Source of the DNA: an uncultured virus (IMG/VR IMGVR_UViG_3300013121_000015)
Taxonomy: Duplodnaviria > Heunggongvirae > Uroviricota > Caudoviricetes
Strand: one strand, 5' to 3'
DNA length: 64,000 bases
IMG/VR virus record: IMGVR_UViG_3300013121_000015
Span: 62,001-126,000 of that record
Below the pieces are notes generated by a model. The model saw only the letters and a program-made list of their open reading frames with translations. It had not been told where the DNA came from and made no database searches. The translations under genes were made by a program, and so were the position numbers. Positions 47,151-55,608 of the stretch are shown in pieces. Within the stretch, counting starts at the first letter, position 1; each line of letters starts with the position of its first letter.

Positions 47151-47410
47151 TGACAGAGGAGGAGCGCGCGCGACGCTTAGCCTACCAGATGGACCGCGTC
47201 CGCCGTGCCAGAACCATCCGCGTTCCGTGCGGTCAATGCGGCGTGTGGACCCGTCTACCGGACCTCTACCGGTGCTACCAGTGCGGCTTCTGGCTCTGCT
47301 TGACGTGCGGAGCCGAGCACTGGCCCGAGGCGGCGACGAAGCGGGACCACGCCTTCATCGCGGTCGCCGAGCAGACCCTGGACATGGAGCGTCCCGAAGA
47401 GACGTCCTGA
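47150..47410 (+). CDS. Small Zn-finger protein
   Basis: CGQC, CYQC, CLTCGAEH. Confidence 0.6.
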   Translation: MTEEERARRLAYQMDRVRRARTIRVPCGQCGVWTRLPDLYRCYQCGFWLCLTCGAEHWPEAATKRDHAFIAVAEQTLDMERPEETS

Positions 47411-47442
47411 CCGCCAGGGCTACCTCTGTCTAGGATCTGCCC

Positions 47443-47865
47443 GTGCCCTACACCGTGTCAGTCCAGATTGTTCCCAACCACTGGCGCGTCGCGCGTGTCT
47501 TCAAGCCAGTCAAGTTCCTGGATCACGCCATCTCGCCAGGAACTCGACTCACCCTGAACGACCTTGCTGTATGGGTGGAAGTCCCCCTGCTGCCCTACGT
47601 CTGCGCGTCCGGGGTCGATGGGTGCGCCGGCTGGGCGCTCGTCGGCGAGCGGCTGGTGGGCTTCGTCCGGGAGGGCGACCTGGCCGAGATGGTCCAGCAC
47701 GACCTCCGGGCGCGCCTGGACCTGTTGCTGGTCGGGTTGGAGCAGCACGGGCAAGCGGGCCTCGACCATGTCCGCGAGGTCGAGCGGAGCGACCGAGAAC
47801 AAGGCCAGCGGCTGCTGGAGCAGATGGGGCTGCGCGCTCTGGCGACCGTGGCGCATCGGGTCTGA
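47443..47865 (+). CDS. Hypothetical protein
   Basis: Follows motif 47418. Confidence 0.55.
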   Translation: MPYTVSVQIVPNHWRVARVFKPVKFLDHAISPGTRLTLNDLAVWVEVPLLPYVCASGVDGCAGWALVGERLVGFVREGDLAEMVQHDLRARLDLLLVGLEQHGQAGLDHVREVERSDREQGQRLLEQMGLRALATVAHRV

Positions 47866-47890
47866 GGGCTACCTCCGTCCAGGAGGGCGT

Positions 47891-49567
47891 ATGGGATCGC
47901 TCAAGCTGGTCGGCAAGGAGTGGGTGGTCGAGGCGGACCCGCACGTCACGATGATGCTGCGGCGGATCTTCCCGCGCGTCCAGAAGGGCCAGCACGGCGC
48001 GATCCGGCTCACGTCCACCGACGAGGTGTGTCGGAACCTCGTCTGGTTCCTGGACCGGTTCGGGCTGGACCTGAGCGAAGAGGACCGGTTCCTGCTGCGC
48101 GCGAAGGCGGACGCTCACCGGTCCAGGGAGCGGCAGGTCGCGGCGCTGCTGACGGGCAAGACCGACCCGCGCGAGATCCCGCTGGCGCTGCCGTTGCGCG
48201 ACTATCAGCGGCTGGCGGTCGAGATGGCCTACCAGCTACGCGGGCTGCTGCTGGGCGATCAGGTGGGTCTCGGAAAGACGGGCGTGTACATCGGACTCGC
48301 CTCCCTCCCCCGGACCCGCCCCGTCGTCTGGGTCACGATGACGCACCTCCAGACCCAGGCCCAGCGCGAGATCCAGCGGTTCGCGCCGGGGCTCCGGTCC
48401 GTGATCGTGCGCCGGGCAAAGGCGTACCCGCTCGGCTTCGAGGCGGGTGGCGACCCGCCGGACGTCGTGATCCTCAACTACGCGAAGCTGGCCGGGTGGG
48501 CGGACTACGTCGCGCAGTTCGTCCGCCTGCTGGTGTTCGACGAGGCCCAGGAGCTCCGACACGACGACTCCGCCCGCTACCGCGCCGCGCTGCACGTCCG
48601 AGAGCGCGCCATGTGGGCGATCCTCGGGACCGGTACCCCCGTCTACAACTACGGGGGCGAAATCTTCAACGTCGTCGAGATCGCGCGGCCGGGTGCGCTG
48701 GGGTCCTGGGACGAGTTCGTGACTGCCTGGGCGCAAGAGCGGGACCAGAAGGGACGCGCCCTGGTCCACGACCCGCGCGCTCTGGGGACGCACCTGCGCG
48801 CCGAGGGGCTGATGCTACGCCGGACCCGGCGGGACGTGGGGCGCGAGCTCCCGGCGCTGTTCCGGACCATCCACGTCGTAGACGCCGACCCGGACGCGCT
48901 GCGCCACGCGACCGGCAACGCGGCGGAGCTCGCGCGAATCCTGCTGGCCGAGTCCGGGACGGGGCTCCAGAAGCTCCAGGCGGCCCAGGACCTCGACCGG
49001 ATCATGCGGCAGGCGACCGGGATCGCCAAGGCCGCCTACGTGGTCGAGTTCGTGCGGCTGCTGCTGGAGTCCGGCGAGGACCGCGTGGTGGTCTTCGCGT
49101 GGCACCACGCCGTCTACGACCTGCTGGAAGACGGGCTCCAGCCCTTCGGCGTCGTGCGGTACACCGGCAAGGAGTCGCCGACCCAGAAGGACATGGCGCT
49201 GCGACGGTTCAAGCTGGACCCGGACCAGCCGTCCGCCGCGCGCGTGTTGCTCCTGTCCCTCCGAGCGGGCGCCGGGATCGACGGGCTCCAGTTCGTGTGC
49301 CAGACCGGGGTGTTCGCGGAGCTCGACTGGTCGCCCAAGGTTCACGAGCAGGATGAAGGACGGATTTGCCGCGACGGACAGGACCAGCCGACGAACTTCT
49401 ACTACCTCGTCGCTGGCACCGGATCGGACCCCGTCGTGATGGACGTGCTCCAGATCAAGACCGGGCAGGCGGACGGGATCGTGGACCCGGACCAGGACGC
49501 GGTCGGCGTCCAGGTGGACCCTGACAAGATCCGCCGGCTGGCCGAGGCGGTGCTGAGCCGGGGGTAG
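47891..49567 (+). CDS. SNF2-family helicase
   Basis: LRDYQ, GDQVGLGKT, VFDEAQEL, TGTPVYN, GAGIDGLQ, ELDWSP..HEQDEGRICRDGQ. Confidence 0.92.
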   Translation: MGSLKLVGKEWVVEADPHVTMMLRRIFPRVQKGQHGAIRLTSTDEVCRNLVWFLDRFGLDLSEEDRFLLRAKADAHRSRERQVAALLTGKTDPREIPLALPLRDYQRLAVEMAYQLRGLLLGDQVGLGKTGVYIGLASLPRTRPVVWVTMTHLQTQAQREIQRFAPGLRSVIVRRAKAYPLGFEAGGDPPDVVILNYAKLAGWADYVAQFVRLLVFDEAQELRHDDSARYRAALHVRERAMWAILGTGTPVYNYGGEIFNVVEIARPGALGSWDEFVTAWAQERDQKGRALVHDPRALGTHLRAEGLMLRRTRRDVGRELPALFRTIHVVDADPDALRHATGNAAELARILLAESGTGLQKLQAAQDLDRIMRQATGIAKAAYVVEFVRLLLESGEDRVVVFAWHHAVYDLLEDGLQPFGVVRYTGKESPTQKDMALRRFKLDPDQPSAARVLLLSLRAGAGIDGLQFVCQTGVFAELDWSPKVHEQDEGRICRDGQDQPTNFYYLVAGTGSDPVVMDVLQIKTGQADGIVDPDQDAVGVQVDPDKIRRLAEAVLSRG

Positions 49568-49772
49568 GGGGAGCGGTCGGTGCGGCTACCTCCCCGTCCG
49601 GAGGTGTCGATGCTCTCCTGTCTCACCGTCGCTCAGACCTGCTTCTGCCCCGCCTGCCAGCACGCCCGTCGGGTCGCCACCCAGCAGCAGGTCCGGGGGT
49701 GCCCCGCTGGACCCCGCGCGCAGAATTCTTCTCACACGTCGGCGTCTCGCGCCATGGAGAGGTGAGGACGCC

Positions 49773-49991
49773 ATGGACCGACCGACGCTACCCGATCCCG
49801 ACCAGTGGGGCCCCTACCTGCGCGCCGTCTACCTGGAGCACGGCGCCGGGCGGGAGTTCGCCGACGCGCTCCGGGACGCGGGGCTGATCTTTCGCAACCA
49901 GCACGGTCAGCGGGGTCGGCTCAGTTGCTGGGCGCTGGAGGGCGTGGACCCGGGGCCGCCGACGTGTACTTGCGCGTCCTGCTGGTCGTGA
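49773..49991 (+). CDS. Hypothetical protein
   Basis: GAGG SD. Confidence 0.5.
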   Translation: MDRPTLPDPDQWGPYLRAVYLEHGAGREFADALRDAGLIFRNQHGQRGRLSCWALEGVDPGPPTCTCASCWS

Positions 49992-50062
49992 GTCGGGCGG
50001 AAGTGACGCGCATCACTGGCGCACGGTTGCGCGCGCTGATAATGTCGGGGCTGGAGGTGTCC

Positions 50063-51436
50063 ATGGGCCGCAAGCCCCTCCCCCCTGAGCAGCGCAAACC
50101 TCGCCGGTCCGGTCCGTCCGGGCGTGCTCCCGCACCTACCCCAGAGCGTGCCGCCGAGCAGCAGCGTCGCCTCCACGCCCTGCGCGAGCAGGTCGGCGCG
50201 GAGCTCCACCGTCAGCGCCGCGCGTTCTGGCCCGCCAGCGAGCCCGCCCCCGTGACGGAGCTGGCCCGGGTGGTGGACCGTAGCCAGTCCACGCTGAGCG
50301 CATGGGGCGCCGGGGAGGCCCCCGCGCGGGCCGTCATGCGGGACGAGACCCTGAGCGCCATCGAGGCCGAGGTCGCGTCCTGGCTCGCCGCGCAGCGTGG
50401 GGGCGCGACGGCTTGCCCGGCCCTGGGCGTGGGTGCGACGTCGCTGGGCGCCCACCTCGCGGCCTACGGGCTGCTGCGCATGGTCTCGCAGGTCTGCCCG
50501 ACCGCCAGGATCTCCTGGTCCACGGAGACCGGAGACCTACTCGTCCAGGACGCGCCCGCGTGGCGACTGGCCCTGCTGGAGCGGTGGGCACCGACGCCCA
50601 TCCTCTCCCCCTGGAACGGGGGCTCGGGGTTCTGGCCGAAGGACTCGGGGCCTGCGGCCACGCTCGCGCAGGTCGAGGCGAGCGCGGACGCGCGCTGGGC
50701 GCCCTACCGGCTCGCGGTCCAGGTGGCGCGCCTGGTCGTCGAGATGTCCGGGCTCGACGGCCAGCCCGCAGGGGATCCAGCCAGCAAGGCGCGGCTGGTC
50801 CAGACGTTGCGGCAGGAGGCGACGCCCGACCTCCGAGCCTGGATGGACGCCGTGATCGTGCCCGTCCAGGACGACGTGGGGCACGACCTCCTCGTCTACC
50901 CGCCGGTTGCTGGCACGGGTAACAACGAATACCGCCTGGAGTACAGCGCCGGGCACCGGGCGCGGCTCCTGGATCTCATGAGCGCGCCGCCCAGCACCGC
51001 CCTGGACGCGCTCGACGCCGCGCTCGTCGGCGGACCGCACCAGCAGGCGTGTTCGGGCGCTGGTCCGTGGTGGCCCGACGGGGTCGCACCGAGCGCGTGG
51101 TCGGCGGTGATGGCCCTGGAGGGCATCTGCACGCTGGCCACGGACGCGCGGTTCCGGCTCGCCGTGAACCGGCCCCTACCGCCCTGGACCGCCGAGGGTG
51201 AGGACGGTCCCGAGCTGTGGCTGCCCCGGTGGTCGCGCCCGATGTCGCTCGTCGAGTGGCGGGCGCTCGTGACAGCGGGCCCGCCCCGGGTCGGGGCTAA
51301 CCATCGGCCCGCCCGGACGTCCCTGGACTGGGCGCGGGCCTGCGCGAGCGTGGCGGCGCCGCTCCAGGAGGGGATGGGTTTTACCCGCTACCGGTACGTG
51401 GACAGCCGTGGAGGCGGACTTTGGGCCGCCGTGTAA
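50063..51436 (+). CDS. csx17: HTH fused to truncated Csx17 (Cas8u2, type I-G large subunit)
   Basis: TELARVVDRSQSTLSAW HTH; LGAHLAAYGLLRMVSQ..ARISW, WAPTPILSPWNGGSGFWPKD, WMDAVIV, YPPVAGTGNN.YRLEYS, VMALEG, ELWLPRWSRP. Confidence 0.8.
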   Translation: MGRKPLPPEQRKPRRSGPSGRAPAPTPERAAEQQRRLHALREQVGAELHRQRRAFWPASEPAPVTELARVVDRSQSTLSAWGAGEAPARAVMRDETLSAIEAEVASWLAAQRGGATACPALGVGATSLGAHLAAYGLLRMVSQVCPTARISWSTETGDLLVQDAPAWRLALLERWAPTPILSPWNGGSGFWPKDSGPAATLAQVEASADARWAPYRLAVQVARLVVEMSGLDGQPAGDPASKARLVQTLRQEATPDLRAWMDAVIVPVQDDVGHDLLVYPPVAGTGNNEYRLEYSAGHRARLLDLMSAPPSTALDALDAALVGGPHQQACSGAGPWWPDGVAPSAWSAVMALEGICTLATDARFRLAVNRPLPPWTAEGEDGPELWLPRWSRPMSLVEWRALVTAGPPRVGANHRPARTSLDWARACASVAAPLQEGMGFTRYRYVDSRGGGLWAAV

Positions 51437-51486
51437 ATATTTTCGCGCGCGCCTATTGCGTATTTCTGCGCGCGCATATAAGGTAG
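51434..51486 (+). promoter_or_regulatory. Sigma70-like promoter TTGCGT-N17-TAAGGT with GCGCGCGC inverted arms around the -35
   Basis: -35 at 51456, -10 at 51479; followed by a GGGGGC/GCCCCC hairpin and AAGGAG SD. Confidence 0.7.
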
Positions 51487-51524
51487 TGACATCAGGGGGC
51501 GCTGAGGCCCCCAAGGAGAATCCG

Positions 51525-51722
51525 ATGACCCGCACCGAGACCCGCACCGACGCCCTCCACATCCTGCGCGCCTCCAGCCTCGCCGACCTCTTCCCCGGTG
51601 CCGTCGTCCGCGAGGCGGACGAGACCGTCTCCGACGAGGACCGCGACGAGGTGGACGCCGCCGCCCGCTCCCTCGGCCTCGTCGTCGAGGAGTCTGAGGA
51701 CGGCGAGTGGGTCATCGGCTGA
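51525..51722 (+). CDS. Small, highly acidic protein
   Basis: 65 aa, D/E-rich; first gene after the promoter. Confidence 0.7.
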   Translation: MTRTETRTDALHILRASSLADLFPGAVVREADETVSDEDRDEVDAAARSLGLVVEESEDGEWVIG

Positions 51723-51852
51723 CCGGTCGCGTCCGAGGCCCTCTCGGGCACCACGACCCCCACGCCAGCCGCCTTCTCGCGGCGGGGGTTGACGACGCGG
51801 ATACACCGCGTCGCACCGTGAAAAGACACGGATAGCGCTGGCCGTGAGTTCG

Positions 51853-52431
51853 ATGACCATCCGTAAACTGATTGAGTCCGCTCCTGACCCCGTGCGAGCC
51901 GTCGGCGCCCGGCTCTGTTCGCCCACAGACGGTGACGCGCAGCTGTGTTTTCGGCTCTGGTTCGAGGCCGCCTTGGCGGCGAGCGAGGCGGCATATGCCG
52001 CCCATCTTTCGGCGCGCAGGTCCATCGAGACTTTGGCGCGGGAGCTGACCCCGCGTCAGCTTGCCATCGTGACCGCCGACCGGGCGGCCATCGACGAGAA
52101 AACGCCCGCGTTGCTGGCGGCCTTGCGCCGCTTTGGCGATGCGTTGTGGACAGAACGAACCTCCCACCCGATGGTGGTGGAGGCGGCCAAAGAGGTGATG
52201 GACCTGCCGCTGCCGTGGGAGGTCGCCGGTTCGGCGTTCGGCCTGCGCGCCCTCGTGGCACTGATCCACGCCGTCCTATCGCGGCGGGAGCCCCTCCACA
52301 ATCACCAGTGGATGGCACATGACGCCATCCACTACGCCGGACAGCCCGACGCGGCACGGGCGGGGATGTTGGCTGGCCTCGACCGCTTCATGGCGGTCCG
52401 CACGACCCATCCGGCGTGGGCCCACGGCTGA
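51853..52431 (+). CDS. Hypothetical protein
   Basis: ORF in the co-oriented cluster. Confidence 0.6.
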   Translation: MTIRKLIESAPDPVRAVGARLCSPTDGDAQLCFRLWFEAALAASEAAYAAHLSARRSIETLARELTPRQLAIVTADRAAIDEKTPALLAALRRFGDALWTERTSHPMVVEAAKEVMDLPLPWEVAGSAFGLRALVALIHAVLSRREPLHNHQWMAHDAIHYAGQPDAARAGMLAGLDRFMAVRTTHPAWAHG

Positions 52432-52536
52432 CCCCTGCCCCATCTCGGGGCGCCCTGGCCAGGATTGGCCCGAAGACCCACGCCGAAGCCCCAACGGCGC
52501 GGATCACTCTAGGGGCAAGAATCAGGAGCTACTACC

Positions 52537-52911
52537 ATGGAAACTTACGAGTCTTTCGCCATTCGTTGCCTTGACGCCCTGAGCGGCGCCATCTTTCTCC
52601 CTGACACGACCCTGACGGTCGTGGTCGCCTCGATGGTGGAGGGATCGTTCCCTCCACCGGCTGGACAGATCATCTGCTCCGCCCGCAGAGGCAACCTCTT
52701 CTTCTCCTGCTCCGGCTACCCTGCCGAGCGGGCCGAGGACGGCGTTGACCTCGGCTATGCCGAGGCCGAACTCATCGTCTTCGAGGGCGCCCACGAGGCG
52801 CTCGGCTATCTGCTGGAGACCATCGGCGCGGGCCGGGTCTCCACCGTCCTCGGGTCGGTCGAGGATCCCCTGACCGGCTCGGGCTTTCGGGCGCTGTGGG
52901 GGGCGTCATGA
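52537..52911 (+). CDS. Hypothetical protein
   Basis: AGGAG SD. Confidence 0.65.
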   Translation: METYESFAIRCLDALSGAIFLPDTTLTVVVASMVEGSFPPPAGQIICSARRGNLFFSCSGYPAERAEDGVDLGYAEAELIVFEGAHEALGYLLETIGAGRVSTVLGSVEDPLTGSGFRALWGAS

Positions 52912-53153
52912 GGCCCCGTCGGTCGGTTTCTTTGATCGTGTTCGTTGAGGGGCCGCGCCCCGACGGACGGGGTTGGCTGGAGTGTCTTGACGAGCGGTGG
53001 TGGTATCGCCGCTTCCGCACGATGATGCGCGCCGAGGGCGTTATGGCGCATCTTCGCCGTGCTGGCCACCAGGGTGACCTGTGGCGGAAGGTTGAGCAAT
53101 CCACATCGACGGGCGGGATCAGCCGCGTCGAGAAGACGTGGACATGGGGTTGA
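52908..53153 (+). CDS. Hypothetical protein
   Basis: ATGA overlap. Confidence 0.5.
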   Translation: MRPRRSVSLIVFVEGPRPDGRGWLECLDERWWYRRFRTMMRAEGVMAHLRRAGHQGDLWRKVEQSTSTGGISRVEKTWTWG

Positions 53154-53173
53154 CCCTCCGCGCCCTCCGGGGC

Positions 53174-53251
53174 GCCCCGTCGCGGGCTGCTGCTGCCCGC
53201 CTGACGAGCCCTCCAGTCGAGGGCCAGCCCCAGCAGGGGCGAAACGGGAGC
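53174..53251 (+). ncRNA. Type III hammerhead ribozyme
   Basis: CCCGUC^ / stem I GCGGGC-7nt-GCCCGC / CUGACGA / stem II GCCC..GGGC / GAAAC-GGG closing stem III; intergenic. Confidence 0.8.
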
Positions 53252-53255
53252 AAGT

Positions 53256-53516
53256 ATGGACGAACAGACCCTCAGCGCTGTGTACCCGCTCGTGACGTTG
53301 GGGGCGACGCGCACCCCGGATACGCGCAGCCAGTTTGTGATCCACCTCCTGCGCGATCAGGAGTTGATCGCGCAGCGGCTCCAGGACATGCGCCAGCGGG
53401 CGCGAGCGGGGAGAGGCTACCCGAAGGGGTGGCTGGACGATCTACGGGCGGTGCGGGAGCGCCTCGCTGCGGTGGGCTGCCCGGAGGCAGGCCCCCTGCC
53501 GCCCATTGAGGACTGA
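53256..53516 (+). CDS. Hypothetical protein; RBS lies in hammerhead stem III
   Basis: GGGAG SD at 53246-53250. Confidence 0.65.
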   Translation: MDEQTLSAVYPLVTLGATRTPDTRSQFVIHLLRDQELIAQRLQDMRQRARAGRGYPKGWLDDLRAVRERLAAVGCPEAGPLPPIED

Positions 53517-53563
53517 CCCTCATCCCTCGCCCCTGGTGCGCCGGGGGCCTGAGCAGAGGATCA
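53514..53563 (+). repeat. ~50-bp intergenic repeat, copy 1
   Basis: TGACCCTC.....CTCGCCCCTGGTGCGCCGGGGGCCTGAGCAGAGGATCA; copy 2 at 54126. Confidence 0.85.
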
Positions 53564-53630
53564 CACCTCGCCCGTTCGGGCCATGTCCTGATGCGGCCGG
53601 CGATCCGCTTTCCATCGCCAAGGAGATACC

Positions 53631-54128
53631 ATGTCCACACGCCCCGATCCCCAGGCCGCCGGCCTCGCGGCCGTCACCGTCGCGGGCCTCACACCCGCCG
53701 ATCTTGTTCTGCCGTGGGGCGCCACGGCAGAACAGACCCACCGCTGGAAGGCGGCCACAGCCACTTTTTGGGCCGCCTACGACGCGGCCGTCGAAGGCAA
53801 CATCTTCGCCCGGGACACGGACGGGGAGGTGCGCTGGATCCCGGCGGTCTACGTCGGGCAGTCCAGCAAAGGCGCCTGCTACGGTGCCGCCGACTGTTCA
53901 TTCTCTCGTCGGGGCGTGTACCGCCTCGACACCGGGCGGCCCGTGTGGGCCGACGTGGACGCGAACGGGCACATGCTGGAGTACCTGCATGTGCGGATCT
54001 CCGAGGAGGAGATCGTGCCCGAGCCTCTTCCCTCACCGGAGGAGATGGCGGTGGCCTATGCCGCCACCATGCGCGACCGCATGTGGAACACGGCGCAGGC
54101 GCTCGGCGCTGGTGTTGTCATCGCCTGA
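53631..54128 (+). CDS. Hypothetical protein
   Basis: AAGGAG SD. Confidence 0.65.
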   Translation: MSTRPDPQAAGLAAVTVAGLTPADLVLPWGATAEQTHRWKAATATFWAAYDAAVEGNIFARDTDGEVRWIPAVYVGQSSKGACYGAADCSFSRRGVYRLDTGRPVWADVDANGHMLEYLHVRISEEEIVPEPLPSPEEMAVAYAATMRDRMWNTAQALGAGVVIA

Positions 54129-54175
54129 CCCTCGCCTCTCGCCCCTGGTGCGCCGGGGGCCTGAGCAGAGGATCA
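54126..54175 (+). repeat. ~50-bp intergenic repeat, copy 2
   Basis: Near-identical to the 53514 copy. Confidence 0.85.
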
Positions 54176-54239
54176 ACCCGTGCTCGCCGGTCCGCGAGAC
54201 GTGCTGTTCGGCCATGTGAGAGCCGATAGAGGAGCTACG

Positions 54240-54650
54240 ATGTACCCACTCGCAATCCACCCTCTCCTGGTACCAGTCGCCCGTGCCCTGGAGAGCGCCC
54301 ACGGCGTATCGGGCCTCACCGTGGAGCCGATTCGTGAGGTTCGCACGGTCTGGGGCTCGTCGCCCCGGGGCACGCTCAGTGCGGCGAATCTCGTGGGCCC
54401 AGGCGCCCACTACACGGACGGTACGACAGAGAGGGGGTTCGCATCCTTAGTATGCGTCTCCCTCGGCAACGATGCCGAGCCCCGTAGGACGGGGCTGAGC
54501 GGCACGAACAGCGATGGCTCCCTGTGGTGGCAGACGGAGACCACCCACCGGGAGATGGTGGTCGTCGTCCGTGCCCCCGCCGAGGGGTGGACGATGGAGC
54601 AGTTCCAGTCCGCCATTCGGGAGGCCGGCGGGGCGGTCGGCTCGGGCTGA
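54240..54650 (+). CDS. Hypothetical protein
   Basis: GAGGAG SD. Confidence 0.65.
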   Translation: MYPLAIHPLLVPVARALESAHGVSGLTVEPIREVRTVWGSSPRGTLSAANLVGPGAHYTDGTTERGFASLVCVSLGNDAEPRRTGLSGTNSDGSLWWQTETTHREMVVVVRAPAEGWTMEQFQSAIREAGGAVGSG

Positions 54651-54708
54651 ATCTTCATCGTTCCCCGCCCATTTCGGGCTCGCTGGCCGAGAACGGCCTG
54701 GATTTCCG

Positions 54709-55059
54709 ATGTCTCAGCCCGCCGTCCTCCGTCCGCTCTACCTACACAGCCCGGTGCTGTGGCAGGGGCGCCCCTGCACGGTCGTCGCCCTGGAGGGCCC
54801 TGACGCGATGGTTGCTGGCCCCCGCACGGGCCAGGGCTGGGTCAAGCTTGACGAACTGACCCTGGACTACTCCCAGCCCGTCGCGCGCTGGCAGGCGGCG
54901 TTGTGGGTAGTTGCGGAGAGCGCCCGGCTCGCCACCCACCTCGCGCTGAGCGAGGAGGAACTGGCGCTGATCCAGCAGGTCCAGTGGGGAGAGGACTGCT
55001 CCGGTGAGGACGTGGAGGAACTGCGCGCGATGGTCGCCCGGCTCCAGCCTACGACCTGA
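54709..55059 (+). CDS. Hypothetical protein
   Basis: Last gene of the plus-strand cluster. Confidence 0.55.
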   Translation: MSQPAVLRPLYLHSPVLWQGRPCTVVALEGPDAMVAGPRTGQGWVKLDELTLDYSQPVARWQAALWVVAESARLATHLALSEEELALIQQVQWGEDCSGEDVEELRAMVARLQPTT

Positions 55060-55471
55060 CGTCGGGGTGGTACGGGTCAGGCGCAGGCGGGCTGGGCTGG
55101 TCGCCGTCTTCCTCCACCGCCCCACCAGCCGCCCACCACAGGGCCAGCCAGGAGAGCCAAGAGAGGCCCGCCAGCGCGCGCTCGACGCCTTCACGGTCAA
55201 GTTCGCTCAGGCTCCACCACCAGGGCTCCAGGCGGTCGGGGATGGCGGCCCAGCCGCGCGCCATCCACCCGAGCACCCGGACCTCGCGCCGGGTCAGGCG
55301 AGGCGAGGGCAGGTGTACCGCAGGCTCGCCCTGACTGACGTGCAGGCGCACGCCGTGGATGCCTTCGGAGTGGTCGTGGCCGATCCCGTAATCCTTCACT
55401 TTTCCGCCCATGGCCAGACCCTCCGTGATCTCGGTCTGGCGGTCGTACCCCAGCGTCAGCCCAGGCGTCAA
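55049..55471 (-). CDS. Hypothetical protein (start uncertain)
   Basis: Coupled to upstream minus-strand genes; Trp-rich C-terminus. Confidence 0.4.
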   Translation of the reverse strand: MTPGLTLGYDRQTEITEGLAMGGKVKDYGIGHDHSEGIHGVRLHVSQGEPAVHLPSPRLTRREVRVLGWMARGWAAIPDRLEPWWWSLSELDREGVERALAGLSWLSWLALWWAAGGAVEEDGDQPSPPAPDPYHPDVRS

Positions 55472-55608
55472 TGCACCGTGACCTGCTGCACGTCGCTGGG
55501 CACGTCGGAAGGCACCGGATCGACGGCCGGTCGGCTGGCGCGCGCGTCCTGGGCACGGTGGAGCAGGCCCAGGATCTCGCCGATCAGGATCAGGGCGGTG
55601 GCGCTCAT
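55468..55608 (-). CDS. Small hydrophobic protein
   Basis: AGGAG SD; MSATALILIGEILGLL. Confidence 0.45.
   Translation of the reverse strand: MSATALILIGEILGLLHRAQDARASRPAVDPVPSDVPSDVQQVTVH

Larger units (their letters stand above)
2100..49606 (+). promoter_or_regulatory. Dispersed GGCTACC(TCC)-N-GGAGG(T) motif, about 37 copies upstream of start codons
   Basis: Copies start at 2100, 3293, 5395, 5636, 9035, 10432, 10790, 12806, 13506, 17451, 23401, 24088, 26549, 29613, 30144, 30799, 31532, 33171, 33760, 34042, 34788, 35477, 36220, 36991, 37818, 39230, 39973, 40572, 41152, 43350, 43776, 44090, 44449, 45353, 47418, 47867, 49584. Confidence 0.9.

Noticed and set aside
2100..49606. Integron attC cassette array as the explanation for the motif
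   Set aside because: No RYYYAAC/GTTRRRY ends or long imperfect palindromes; the integrase is paired with xis and a tRNA att, as in phages
51525..51722. Sigma-70 region 1.1 homolog
   Set aside because: Resemblance is mostly acidic composition and too short to support by eye
53549..53620. Second hammerhead in the repeat-containing leader
   Set aside because: CUGAGCA and CUGAUGC do not match CUGANGA and there is no GAAA core strand
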